A stretch of 64,000 nt of DNA. Source: Rhodosorus marinus CCMP1338. Taxonomy: Eukaryota > Plantae > Rhodophyta. How positions within the stretch are numbered: position 1 is the first letter of the stretch; each line of letters starts with the position of its first letter. Location: contig JAMWBK010000004.1 in assembly GCA_029953675.1 (NCBI GenBank), forward strand, positions 2,232,001-2,296,000, read 5' to 3'. The position numbers were made by a program, and so were the translations under genes. Under the pieces are notes generated by a model. That model was given only the letters and a program-made list of their open reading frames with translations, searched no databases and was not told the origin of the DNA. Below, piece after piece: positions 1 to 12,297 of the stretch.

Positions 1-607
1 GTTTCGGACTCCCAGTCCATGGGCTTGCCTGGATCCTGCTCTTGCTTCAGTGTGCAGCGACTTCTTGAGACAGATGCTCACATGATGAGACTGGGAGGAA
101 GTTCGGCACTTGGAGTATCAAAATTGCTTCGCTTGTAGCTTGCCAAGATAAAAAGTCCAGTTCCCCAGCGTTTAATCCCAAGCACCAGCTTGCGTTTGCG
201 GTAATGAAACAATTTCGCTTCCCCCCCCCAAATGCTGCAAGGGGAATTGAGCGCAAGTACGTGAATACTTGAGACAGAAGAATCAGTTACATCTGGCTAG
301 ACTAAAACGCAACATTGCAGCTACAGCGGAATTGGTATCACGCTTCCACACTTAGATATGCTGCATACCAGCACTTGTTCTCCTCCGACACCGCGTTGGA
401 CAATGCGAAGCGCCCTGCAATGCATGGTCGGTGGCAAATGCGAAGGAAGAGCCGTCGAGACCTGGGGGATCGTTGAACTAGAGGCTGCAGATCTGGTACT
501 GACAAAAATCTACGTTAGAAGACGATCATTGGAGGTCACGCGATTTCATTGTCAAACTGTTGATGCTGATTTGAGCTGGTTGTTCTCTCAGCCGCGAAAA
601 AATAGAA

Positions 608-955
608 ATGGCATTCGTGAATTTTGGGTCTTTTGGTGCTGTTCGCGGAGCCAAGGAATGCCGGACTTGCTCTCAGAGGATCATAAGAAGGAACAAGGAA
701 GACGATGACAAGCCGATGTTTGAGCGCCTCGCTGATGAGCCTATGTTCGAGCGGCTTCCTGGTGAGAAGGCACAGTTTTCTGAGGAAAAACCGCTTCCCC
801 TCGTGGATTTCTGGAATAAGAATACGGGATTTATCGAGGATCTGGCACCTGTGCTTTCATCCTTTCCGCTCCTCATACTGTTGCTGTTTTTGACAATTGG
901 AGCGTTTACCAAGTTGCTTTTGGACAACAACCTTTCCCTGATCGGTAACTATTGA
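608..955 (+). CDS. Small putative plastid-targeted protein with one C-terminal TM helix, function unknown
   Basis: ATG-initiated 115-aa ORF. MAFV start and Ser/Arg/Cys-rich N-terminus resemble a red-algal transit peptide. Hydrophobic segment FPLLILLLFLTIGAF near the C-terminus. Confidence 0.6.
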   Translation: MAFVNFGSFGAVRGAKECRTCSQRIIRRNKEDDDKPMFERLADEPMFERLPGEKAQFSEEKPLPLVDFWNKNTGFIEDLAPVLSSFPLLILLLFLTIGAFTKLLLDNNLSLIGNY

Positions 956-1245
956 AGCAGTCGCGGGAGATGTCCTGAATGCCGAGCGATCTGACTCAAA
1001 GAGGATTAGTGAACTCGAGTACCGCAAATTTCATGCAATACCGACGTCCTTTTTCGTACCCAATGGATGTCGATTGCCCAGCATGCTTCGCCACGGGCAA
1101 GCTCAAACCATACACGAGGGCGGGAATAGTGCGGGCTTGATGACTTCGAAGGTCTAGGCCGATTGTGTTGGTGTGATTTAATGCGTCTTAAGAAAAGAAG
1201 ATTGGCGTAAATTTTGTGAGCCTGAGAATTCCTAACGTCTCATTC

Positions 1246-2457
1246 TCAACGCTCTGCCACGTGAACCTTTCGTTTGACCTCCTTACATTTCTGCTTTGAA
1301 GACAAAGCTTTGATTGAAAGCTTGGTCTCCTGAAGAACCGATAAGTGGCTTCTTATTGTAGCCTTTACACTCTTCTCGCCGTTTTCTCGTATCCATGGCT
1401 CTCGGAGTGCTTTCTGTGTTGACGGTCTTGATTTTGGGTCAGTTCTGAGCAGTTTCCTGACAAAGCCTCGAGCACTCTCACTAACCCATGGTGGAAAGTA
1501 CATGCCCTCAGCTGCATATATCTTGTGCTTAAGCTCACAGAGTCGATCATCTTCGAAGGGCAACTTTCCGCAAAGCATAAAATACAGCACGACACCGCAG
1601 GACCATACGTCTGCATGTATTCCCTCCTTGATGGTGAGCAAGGTAACCCCATTGAACAGCTCCGGAGCACGACAAGAAAGCTGCGATGGAACGTACTGAA
1701 GCACACCTGTAGATGCCTTGAGTTTGATTGCGCCGGTACATATATTCAAAACGCATAACTCGTCGTTGTTACCAATTGAAATGTTTCTAGGTTGGATATC
1801 CCAATGGGCTATTCCCTTGCTGTGGTAGTGCTCCAAACCCGTGAGGAGCTGTACGATCAGATAGCGGCTCCGACTTTCATCTATCCTTCCATTCCATTTG
1901 ACCTCATCCAGGAGAGTCGCCCAACCCCGACCGACCCTATCATGGACGAGGTACACCTCACCATCAGATAGAACAAGCGCACGAACTCTGCTTACCGCTG
2001 TGTGAGAAACGGTGGAGGCTTTTCCAACTTCTCTTTCCCCTACACGGAGAAGCTCTGCCCTGTTTGTGAACTTTCTTGAGAAAGACGTTAGAAGAACTTC
2101 GTCCCCATCCATGAAGCCCTTCCTTACATCGCGAAAGCCGTCTTGATCTATTGTACCCGGCTGAATCCCAACGGCTTTGCGTGTTCTGCCAGAGCCCATC
2201 GCTCCAAACACTCCAGGCAGCAACCCAAACCGAGCTTCCCCCAAATTGTCTGCGGCGACCTGCCAGAAGACCCAACCCGCAAGCGAGAAGAAGACCACAT
2301 CAGACGAATCCCTTTTCTTGGGGTTCAATTCGACCAGAGGACCTCCCGCCACTCCGCCTTCAGTACAGGTACCGCTGATGTGCCCTTCGAAAGCCCCTAA
2401 AAGGCCCCGTTTGACCTTTTCATTTATCGGAAGCGAAACAGCCTGCTGCAGAAACAT
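1246..2457 (-). CDS. CAMK-group (SnRK/CIPK-like) kinase-fold protein, predicted pseudokinase
   Basis: Kinase subdomains VIb-XI are clear (HWDIQPRN, RAPE, DVWSCGVVLYFMLCGKLPF, LLRTDPKSRPS). First in-frame ATG is at 2457; the ORF track starts at a TTG. Confidence 0.85.
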   Translation of the reverse strand: MFLQQAVSLPINEKVKRGLLGAFEGHISGTCTEGGVAGGPLVELNPKKRDSSDVVFFSLAGWVFWQVAADNLGEARFGLLPGVFGAMGSGRTRKAVGIQPGTIDQDGFRDVRKGFMDGDEVLLTSFSRKFTNRAELLRVGEREVGKASTVSHTAVSRVRALVLSDGEVYLVHDRVGRGWATLLDEVKWNGRIDESRSRYLIVQLLTGLEHYHSKGIAHWDIQPRNISIGNNDELCVLNICTGAIKLKASTGVLQYVPSQLSCRAPELFNGVTLLTIKEGIHADVWSCGVVLYFMLCGKLPFEDDRLCELKHKIYAAEGMYFPPWVSESARGFVRKLLRTDPKSRPSTQKALREPWIRENGEKSVKATIRSHLSVLQETKLSIKALSSKQKCKEVKRKVHVAER

Positions 2458-4475
2458 AGCGGGAGAGCACTGCCCCCCCAATTACCCAAACAAAGAAGCA
2501 CCAAACGTGGGCGTTTGGGTGACCCCTCAAAAACCATCCTATTTCAGCTGGAACAAAGGAAAAAATAATCGTGGCACACTAACGTCGCTTGCAATATCGC
2601 ACGTGGTCCTCCTGCCCGGCAGCGTTGCCAACAGGCATCGCCAAACAGCATCATCCGAAACGAGAAGCAACGCTTATGACGAATAAACAAGCTATATCAC
2701 GCGTTTTAATAATACCTATATAATTCATCGTTAAGTATGTCTCTGTATAAAATAATTTGATCTATATATACAGTATATACAGCACTTGAAGGAGATACGT
2801 TACGGTACAGAGACTTAATTGTCACGTAGGATTGCAACCGGAACTCGAGATACCTCTTACACATTTTATTTAAAAAATCAAATTACGATATATTTCTTTT
2901 TTAAGTTAAAAAACAAATATGGTAAGAGTGATGTTTTAAATTGAAATTAATTTAGTGTTGGATGCGATCTATTTATGGATCGATGGCAAAGCGGGTTTTC
3001 GTTTTGCCCCGGACGAAGTGGGAATATGTCATGATCCAGTTGAGCTGAGAGCTGATTCGAAACTGGTAAAGAAGGTATGTTGAATTGATCTCGCTGACGA
3101 TTGGCAGCGAAGAGCGCTTCTTGAAAGATTTTCTGAGCGCTCGTTTGTGGCTTACGGAAGGGCGGGAGGGGCGTGTGGCTTGTCGTTTGCTACTCTTGGA
3201 ATCCCCTCCCCCCTCCCCCCCTCGATACTTTCCGCCTCCTCGGGGTCGTTTGATTGGCCTTGATAGAAGTGGCTGGTTTAGATGTGCTTGCTTTGGTTGT
3301 GTGTTTCCTTTCCGATGCGTTATTTTGTAGCTTTTGTGGAGGTCTCACGGGAGAGGGTGGGCCTTCTTATTTTGGATCTACTGCCATTCCCTTCGTCTGC
3401 AGTGCACGCCTATGGCACAAGAGCAGCCATTGGTCCATCGCTGCTGCTCCAATAGCGCAGGGTTTTGGGCAGAAGAAGAATTCTTGCAAGTTTAAAAATG
3501 AGGCTTAACCATGGGCTTGCACTTTTTTTTGCGGGGTGTCAGAATGACTCGATATCCGGCAAGGGTGTTGTTCTGCGCTTACCTTCAGTGCGTTTGCAGC
3601 AACATCTTTAGCTCTAACGACGAAATCGACGTGCATGCACGACCATCTTCGCTTCTTCTTTCGCTGTGTCCTCACGAATCTGTCAAAACCGTATGGGGCC
3701 CAGTATCGGGGATTTAAGACGGTAAGGGATTTTTTCTCCGAGTACCCGTACCCTGCTTCCTTCGTTCAAGGTAGGCCCTTGACTTCTTCTTGAAAACCCA
3801 CCTTGAACATCGTGTAGTGATCGAGCTTATGCTGAATGCATGCCCGCAGCCGCGTCAGTTCATCATTCGCGAGCCTCAGATAGACGAGGCTCCTTCACTC
3901 ACCACAGTCCACGATTCTGAAGAAACTCTTTGAGCCGGTGTGGAGTAGCTCGTGTTTCCACTACTTTATTCATCAAGGTATTGTTAGATCTCCCATGGCC
4001 CTCGAAAGCGAAGGCTCCGAACCGCCTCTACATAAATCGAAGGCTTCTTGCTCGAATTCAATCCAAAAGCAAGCAAGTACTCATTCAAACCTGTCGGACT
4101 AGCAATTGTAGATACTTCCGTGCAATCTATTCCGTATATACATTATCACATGTGTTGTCGTGTGCACGCGCTATGCTTTGGATAATCGACGCCGTTAGAG
4201 AATCCCCGCGGCAGAAAGTGGCTTCGCGCGTACGTGCAACAGCACAGTTTGCTTGAAGAAGCAAGGTGCTAGTCGTCTCAGCATATTTCTGCGCCTCAAG
4301 AACAGTCAGTTCGATCTGTGTGCCCCATCGTGGTTGATCCACCTTCCCCGTTCGACCGCGACGGCCCGGTAAGGTCGATGCAGTCGAAGGGCATTTCAGC
4401 CGTTGCGTTATCGAGCAGGTCAGCGAGAGCGGCCACTGTGATGCAGTTGAGGTGGAACGATGGCGAGACAGTGAG

Positions 4476-6444
4476 ATGGTAATGAATTCTCAAGCTGTGG
4501 CAAGGGCGATCGCCCTTCACAGTAAGGAAAGAGCTGTTGAATGTGTGAGAGTCGTCTGTGATGCCGGGGGCTGCCTTCGCTGCGCCTTGAGGTTTATTCC
4601 GATAACCACAACTGGACCATACGAGAGTTCGGAAGAGGTTTGGGAAAAGGAAGATTTGAACGTTGCGCTCGCTGTTTTACTGATACAGTTCTTGTCTATG
4701 TAAAAACAGATCATTGTGGAGGCCCTGCGGGATCTCGATTCAACGCTTCCCTTCGAGTCCTTCTCTGCAGTCAACGGTGAGTCAAATTCTGCAAGTTGTT
4801 TTTTTGGCTGTTTCCGCTCGCAAGTGCTCTGAAAGTAGTCTGAAAACTCGGTCTTTGGATACTACAGCAAGCGCCCCGTGCGTATGCTGTCTCGGTATGC
4901 TGCAGGATTCTACCATGAAAACGGTTGCAGAGGCCTGCACGGAATACGTAAAGGAGTTCGAATACGATGGTGTGGTTAGACTCAACCTCAGCGCGCCGCC
5001 AGTTTGCTCAATCATTCGCCAACGGGCTATGGAAATTCACGTACTGGAGACGGTCAAACCGAAGTCCGCGGAAGACCCTGTTACGCTTAGGACTGGAGCC
5101 AAGTATTCCCTTGGGCACGCAATTGAAACGGCTATTGGGGTAAGCATTTGGAGACGCCTTTCCCGTAAGAATGAAAAAGTCTCACACTGTAAAGGGGCCA
5201 ACTCATGCCTCCCTTCTCCATAGGCCAGCTATGATCAACAGAGCGACTTCTTCAGCAATGTACATTTTCGTCACGAAGAGTCCATGCCAGAGATGGAAAA
5301 GCTGGTAAATACGCAGAAGCAGGAGTTTCGCAGGAACAAGCGACGGAAAACGAACGTTCCATTCGAGACGTTCGCGTCCTGGATGGACAGGGATGTTTCC
5401 ACTGTCGAAAAAGCTGTGCGAGCTCTCTCCGAAGAAGGTTTCAAGGTCCAGTCTGACGTTCCACCGAAAAGGTGCAGAACTGTGGTCAAGTTTGACGTGC
5501 TCTGTAGTGTCAGCGATATATTGCTCTCTGGTCGATATCTCAAGTTCTCTCGGCGAGTTTCCCAAAGTCCTTGGAAAGTTGAAGACCACGGGGAAGAGAA
5601 AACGTACGTCACGTTTCACCAGCCTTGCACCTTATCCTCTACCTCGCCAACCCTGGGGAAGGAGGAGATTTCTGAGGATTTTCTCATTTTCTTGTCTCGC
5701 TCAGGGGCAAAGTCGATTCATCTGTCGAAGACATAATTGTTCCGAAACTAAAGGAGCAATTCCTTGCTGCACACGCCACATTTATCCCCGGAGGACGCGA
5801 GGATGTGGATGTCAGAATGCTCGGTACAGGCCGGCCTTTCGTCGTGAGAATTTCCGGAGCTAAGAAAGTCCCAAGCCGCGCGACGGAGGAGGCAGTAGCA
5901 AAGCTCGAGGTAGAGATCAACCGAGATGGAGGTGGACTTGTGAAGGTTGTTGAGCTGGCGAGAACTGACAAGCAGCATCTGGAGTGGATGAGGTCCGTAG
6001 AATCGCAGAAGCGCAAGACTTATGCTTGTGTGATCCGGCTCAACCGACTGCCGTCAACGGACGATGTGGAGAAACTCAACGCTCTGACGGATATGAAGAT
6101 CATCCAAAAGACACCAGTGAGGGTCTTCCACAGGTACAGTTCAGACTGAGAGCACTACTATCAAATAGGAGCTGAGTCTGATCAACGAAGCCTTCATGCA
6201 CCTCAGGCGATCACCGGGTAACAGGGAGAAGGTTGTACATAGGGTGAGTGCCAAGCTCCTGAAAGGGCACTACATGGTTGCCGAGATCGAGGCAGAGGCA
6301 GGGACATATATAAAGGAATTGGTCCATGGTGATTTTGGACGAACGAAGCCAAGCTTTCAGAGCATTCTGGGTTGCAAGGCGGATGTTACTCAACTGGATG
6401 TCATATCAATAGATGTAGCCAAAGAAACTGTCGGGGGAGATTAG
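4476..6444 (+). CDS. PUS10: tRNA pseudouridine synthase Pus10, multi-exon
   Basis: N-terminal CLRCALRF, YLKFSRRVSQSPW, catalytic GREDVDVRMLGTGRPF, QKTPVRVFHR and AGTYIKELVHGDFGRT occur in successive exons separated by GT-AG introns. Confidence 0.9.
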
Positions 6445-7136
6445 GCAGACAAATTGATGGGATTGACGGACCTCACCCTTCAGTAAAACAAAACTTCAAT
6501 GTGGACCTGTGTACCTGGGGTGTAATATCCGGCAACCATGCCAGATAAGACATTGCGATCGAATCCGGTGGTGCGTGCTCCGCTGAACAGCGACTCGGAC
6601 TAGATGAAAGAATCTTATATTGATTGATTTACATCTCTTCGACCCTCAATCAATCCAGAAACATCGACAATTCTCATTGATATTGACATGGCCTTGAAAT
6701 TTGTATTGCATTATATAAATCAATCGATCCTCTCAATTTACTCATTTTGGGCGTTTCCTTGGGCAAATAAAGTATCATAGGCCGACCTGCCGAATGGTCG
6801 GATGGGGGCATGTTTTCATATAGTTTTTGAGGAGTTGCAATATGGGTGCTGTTGATGTGGTGAATGAAGGCCTTTCGGATGTGTTAGGGGAGGTAGGGAC
6901 TAATTTTGCGATTTGACGGGTTTTCCTTTGGATGAGAATGATGGTATTATGACATGCTGTTTGTCACATAGATGATGAGAACGCCTTCTAAATAATAGAG
7001 ACGAGAGCGGAATTAAGCTGTTAATTTTGTGCGTTGCTGGGTTGTGTTGGTGAGGGGGGGAGGTGGGCTTTATATTCGCGTTGGGTGTTTGAGACAGGGT
7101 GATTGGGGCTCGGGCGGGATCTGTTTGAGGGCAAGG

Positions 7137-10100
7137 ATGGTGGATTCTAAGGAGGTTGAGAAAGGTGGTGGGAAAAAGAACGCTGTGAAGGACGCGAAGA
7201 AGAAGAAGGATGAGGAAATGGGAGAGCTCTCGCAGGAGGATCTCGAGAAGAAGGAGCAGCTGGAAATGCTGGTTGAGAGATCTCAAGATCCGGATCCGGC
7301 CATACAAAAGCAGGCTCTGGAAACAATTCGCTCCGAGATAAGAAGTGCGACGGCATCCATGACTTCCGTTCCCAAGCCCTTGAAGTTTCTGCGTCCGTTG
7401 TATCCGAAGATGAAGGAATTCTTCGGCACCATGCCGGACAGCGATAACAAGGTGAGCGCATGAACACGAGTTGGACCCAAACCCGGAATGCGATTCGAAG
7501 AGACTTAAAAGCGTTGCTCTCCTTGTCAGGTGTTTATGGCGGATGTTCTGTCTGTCTTGGCCATGACTATGGCAGACGAAAATACAACAGAGTCGTTAGA
7601 CTTTAAACTAATGGGCTCGAAAGATGCACCTCAGACATGGGGCCATGAGTATGTTCGCCATCTATGCGGTGAGATTCGACGGGAGTATGCAGCGAGTATG
7701 GATGAATTAGATCCGGCCTTGATGGGGTTGGTTAAAGAGATTGTACCCTTCTTGATGTCTAGCAACGCTGAACCGGAGGCCTGTGATTTACTGATGGAGG
7801 TATGTTGGTAGTTAGGATCAAGCTGACGTTGACGTATATCCGCAATTAATCCTAGGACCAATTCTTGTCCTAATCAGGTTGAATGCTTGTCCACTCATCC
7901 TGAGATCCTTGCGGACTGTGTGGATGAGAAGAACTTCGAGAGAGTTTGTTTGTACCTCACTAGCTGCTCCAACTACGTGGCGGAGCCGGAGGATGCGCAG
8001 ATTCTTAATACCGCTTGTTCACTTTACCGCAAGGTGAAAAAGTACCCGCAAGCTGTACGAATCGCCTTGCGCATTGGCGATATGGCTTTGGTGAAATCCA
8101 TCTACGCTTCCTGTGATGACGTAAGGGCCTTGACTTAACAAATCCTCAGCCCCTAAGCGTATCTTGCTTCTAACTTGGATATCGTTTTACCGTTTCGGCT
8201 TGAAAGAGGGTGATGAAGAAGCAGCTTGCTTTTGACCTGGCGAGGCAGAATGTTCTTCTAGAAGATGAAAGTGACGCGGAGCTGGAAAATATCATGATGA
8301 ACACAAAGCTCTCTGAGCAATTCCTGAGCCTGGCCAAGGACTTAGAGGTGGTGGAAGCAAAGACACCGGAGGACATCTACAAGCTGCACCTTTTGGACTC
8401 AAGACAACCCCCGCAACACGATTCGTAAGCAGTCACGAAAAGCCGATCATGAGCGCACCTACGTCGGTTGATGAAGGAAACTTGCATTTACTAGCTGTTG
8501 ATGTTCTCGTATGGCCACCTTGTTCCCTGCGCTGAATTCTGTCCATGTTGGTTGTGTTCTCGCAACTCAGGGCACGCGTAAATCTTGCGTCGACTTTCGT
8601 CAATGCCTTCGTTAACATGGGATTTGGAAATGACAAGCTAGTCCTTGACGATTACGCTCGGTGGATCCATCGAAACAAGGAGCACGGTGAGCGAAACAAT
8701 TTGGCAAGGCTAAGCTGCCAGCTCCCGCTTCGGAATGATCTGACTGTGGTCTTCAAATTGTAGGAATGATGAGTGCGTCCGCATCACTGGGAATGATCCT
8801 TCTTTGGGACGTGGACGGTGGATTGTCAAAGATAGACAAGCACATGTACTCTGGTGACGATCATGTGAAGGCTGGTGCCTTGATGGCTGTTGGAATTGTT
8901 TCAGCAGGAGTTCGCAATGAATGTGACCCTGCTCTGGCTCTCCTTGTAGAGCATGTCGACAGCCCCAAGAGACCTATTCGAGCGGGAGCGATTTGTGGCC
9001 TTGGCCTGGCATACGCGGGGACACAAAACGAAAGTGTACTTGAACTTTTGATGCCAATTGTTGCTGATGCTGCCACGAACCCAAATACAGTAGCGTTTGC
9101 CGCTTTGGCGCTTGGACTAGTGTATGTCGGCTCGTGTAATGAGGAAATTTCTGCCACCCTGATTCAAGCCATGACTGATCGGGCGGAGGAAGGAGGGGGC
9201 TCCGATGAACTTGCGAGCAACAGACACCTTCCGCAGCGCTTGATGCCTTTGGCCTTGGGGCTCCTCTTTCTTGGAAAGCAGGAGAAGTCTGAAGTTGTTG
9301 CTGAGTCTCTCACAGCGATGGTAGGCTTTATTTGCCGTTGTGCATGATTGTATTCTGTACTGGCTTTTGCTCTTTTCATTTTGCTGACAAGTAGCTGTTA
9401 CGACTGCTCAGGTTGGTGGAACGCTGGGAAAGGCATGCAGTGCAACCCTCAAGGCCTGCTCGTACGCCGGAACTGGAAATGTATTGAAGATTCAAGAGTT
9501 CCTTTCAGTTTGTGGTGAGCATCCCGAAGCAGCCCGAACGGAGGAAACTGATGAATCTGCGGCCAAATCAGGAGATCAAAAACAGGCTGCTGAACAGATA
9601 GCCATGGAACAAGGAATTTCGGTAAGCACCCGGCTTGAGCACTGCTGCAGAAGAGCCCTCATCCTGGGCTATTTACAGCGTGACATAAGCGGTGGGCAGT
9701 TTCACAGCACACGACGTACTTGGTTCTCATATGGAGACGAAATACTTTTCTTCTTGCGAAGGTGCTCGGCATCGCAATCGTTTCAATGGGAGAAGAGCTA
9801 GGCGCCGAGATGGCTATGAGGGCCTTCGGACACCTGCTGCAGTACGGAGATGCGCCAGTCCGCAGAGGGGTTCCTTTGGCTATGGGTTTGGTGTCCGTGT
9901 CCAACCCACAGCTCATGGTCGTCGACACTCTGTCGAAACTAACACATGACGCCGATCAGGAAGTTGCGCAGGGAGCCATACTTTCTTTGGGGCTGGTCGG
10001 AGCTGGTACAAACAACTCTAGGATTGCAGCTCTGTTGAGGCAACTCTCTTCCTACTATCATAAGGACCCTCAACAGCTGTTGCTTGTACGGCTGGCTCAA

Positions 10101-10717
10101 GGACTTCTCCATGCCGCAAAGGTACGCAGACCTTAGATCGCGGATATCTGCTTGCCCTAAGGAATGTGCACACCAAGCAGGGTGTTGTGTAGGATTAGGT
10201 TACTGACTTTTTGGGGTTTTTGCTTTGAACAGGGTTTGGTTACGATGAATCCTTTCTACTCTGAGAATCTACTGCTCAACCCAATCGCCTTGGGCGGACT
10301 TCTGACTGTGCTGTTCTGCAGCCTCGACATGAAGGGCATTATCTTAGGCAAATTCCATTATCTCTTGTACTTCTTATCACTTTCCTCCCGGCCCAGAATG
10401 GTGTTCACTGTGGATGAGGATCTGAATCCTGTGAGTTGATACCGCTGAAGACGAGCTAGACTACATTTCAACTAACGTGTGTCTGCCTCCTTTTCTCTAT
10501 TCAGCTTCCCGTCAATATTAGGGTAGGGCAGGCTGTGGACACCGTTGGACAGGCTGGTCACCCGAAGACGATTACGGGTTTCCAAACACATACGTCCCCA
10601 GTGCTGTTGGCAGCAGGGGAGAGAGCGGAGCTCGCTACGGAGGAGTATCTTCCAATTGCCAGTGTACTAGAAGGATGCGTAATTTTGAAGAAGAATCCGG
10701 ACTACGTCGAAGAATAG
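7137..10717 (+). CDS. RPN1: 26S proteasome non-ATPase regulatory subunit RPN1/PSMD2, about 10 exons
   Basis: [55 protein letters not shown] and [18 protein letters not shown] appear in colinear exons. Confidence 0.97.
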
Positions 10718-11842
10718 TGTCGGGGTTGTGCTATTGCATAAGCATACAATCTACAAATAACACTTCGGTGTGCTCCTCCGAACGACACTAAATTGTCGCC
10801 GATACGGGGGGCGCGCTCTTTTTTTTAAGTCGAGGTCCTACAAAGCATGCGCGCATGCTCTTCCCTTGAATGGTTTGCGGAGAAGACGTATTCGCAACAT
10901 AATTAGCGTCTTGTAAAGATTCCAATGTCACCCTTGCGCTTACCATGCTCGCTACGAGCGAGAAGCAATCGATCAACCGTCATCAACCCCGGGACATCTT
11001 CAGGCGTCGTATTTGTAACCATGGCATTCCCCCGGCATAGAATGCCTGGTATTACACCTCAGCAGATCTGCCCTGAGCATCGTTCTCTACCTTTCCCAAA
11101 CTTTCGATCGCATCGAGACTCAATCAAAAACGTACAGGAAATTCGGCTACCCTCGTCAGAGCAACCCCAAATTCTATTACTCAAGCTAAAGATCATCTCA
11201 CCATAGCGAAAATTCTAACAATCTACCAAAACGAATGTCAGCCGAAAATCCGCTGCCAAAAGGTCGCTTGACAGCAAAATCGCCGATTCCGATCGTTGTG
11301 TGTCCTACAACTTTGAAGACTCAAACTTTCATGAGGCACTGAATTGTCGCCCACGACATTCCAATCGGCACTGCCAACAAATCAACCCAAGCATATGGGA
11401 AAAAAAAGCAAAATACGGGGACTCTGCCGATCTGAAGGTTCCAACACCCCCCCCCTAAAAGGGTGGGATTTATCGGAAAGAAATTTTGTGTTTTTACTGA
11501 TGATCGACTACTGGTGCAACTTTTCTTGCATCTATTGGCAAACTTTTTTTTTGGATTTCCTGCTTTTTACAATAATATGTTTGAGCCTTTTTGCGTTTGA
11601 TTTCATATGTGAAATGTAAACTACCCGATAGCAGCGGAGCGGCAAACGAGAAGATGTCCTGGTTATTGACGAAGATTCAACGGCCCTTAATGAAAAGCTA
11701 GAATACAAACTGCCGAAACTGCCGTTTAGGCGTTCATGCGGGTTGCTTACTAATTGACGTCAATAATCATTGGAATCCGGTTGAATTCCACCCTTCAGCA
11801 TGGCTAGTAGTACCCCGCGTTCCCCGGACTCGCCTCGAATCC

Positions 11843-12066
11843 GATCACCACTCGCATTTTCATGCGAGGGGGCCACATGCACGTTGAGGTGCCTCGAAGT
11901 ACTTTTTCGGGTTCGTTTCCTATGCTCCCAAGTAGGGAACTAGCTGGATCGATCACCTTTTCGCATTTTGATGCGAAAGGCCCACATCCACGTTGAGGTG
12001 CCTTGAAGCACTTCATCGGGTTCGTTTCCTACACGCCCAAGTGGGGAACCCACTGGATCGCATCCT
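11843..12066. repeat. Tandem duplication, 108-109 bp period (two full copies plus the start of a third), each copy rich in hairpins
   Basis: gatcacc at 11843 and 11951; ggatcg at 11946 and 12055. Shared blocks tcgcatttt, cacgttgaggtgcc and cgggttcgtttccta. Substitutions are mostly non-synonymous in the one peptide-like frame. Confidence 0.85.
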
Positions 12067-12223
12067 GTCTTTGTGCGATGAGAATTCTTGCTCGTGGTCG
12101 GCTTCAATACGATAGATAAAAAAAACAAGCAAAGCTGCCCTTCCAAAACAACTCGCGGAACCAAAGTCACTCTCCTGACTGAAACTCACGTTCGAAGCCT
12201 ATTGGAATTGATCCGTTGCGTGT

Positions 12224-12297
12224 AATCAGGGAGAGCCCCGACCACATCCACTCTTGTGCGGATGTCGCGGTCTGATTCCGTAAGGAGCCCCCTTTTT
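12224..12297 (+). other. Candidate structured RNA segment ending in a T-run
   Basis: aatcag (12224) pairs with ctgatt (12272) and encloses an acatcc/ggatgt stem. It overlaps a ttcc-GTAA-ggag GNRA hairpin and is followed by ccccc-ttttt. Confidence 0.3.

Noticed and set aside
1-600. Plus-strand intron-like segment (GTACGT at about 259 to TTGCAG) suggesting a partial gene
   Set aside because: All upstream frames contain stops and no product is identifiable.
3500-4450. Possible gene upstream of PUS10, including an in-frame TGA suggestive of selenocysteine
   Set aside because: No homology, no SECIS identified and conflicting frames.
10844-10859. 16-bp perfect palindrome AGCATGCGCGCATGCT
   Set aside because: About one such palindrome is expected by chance in 64 kb.
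11868-11930. tRNA-like fold in copy A (gggggcc/tgctccc acceptor-like stem, GGTTCG loop)
   Set aside because: About 10 nt too short, the T-stem pairs poorly, there is no proper anticodon arm, and the acceptor pairing is absent in copy B.
11804-12170. Two ORFs sharing GNEPxxVLxGTSTxMW
   Set aside because: This is a by-product of the DNA repeat: differences are nearly all non-synonymous and the copies are in different frames.
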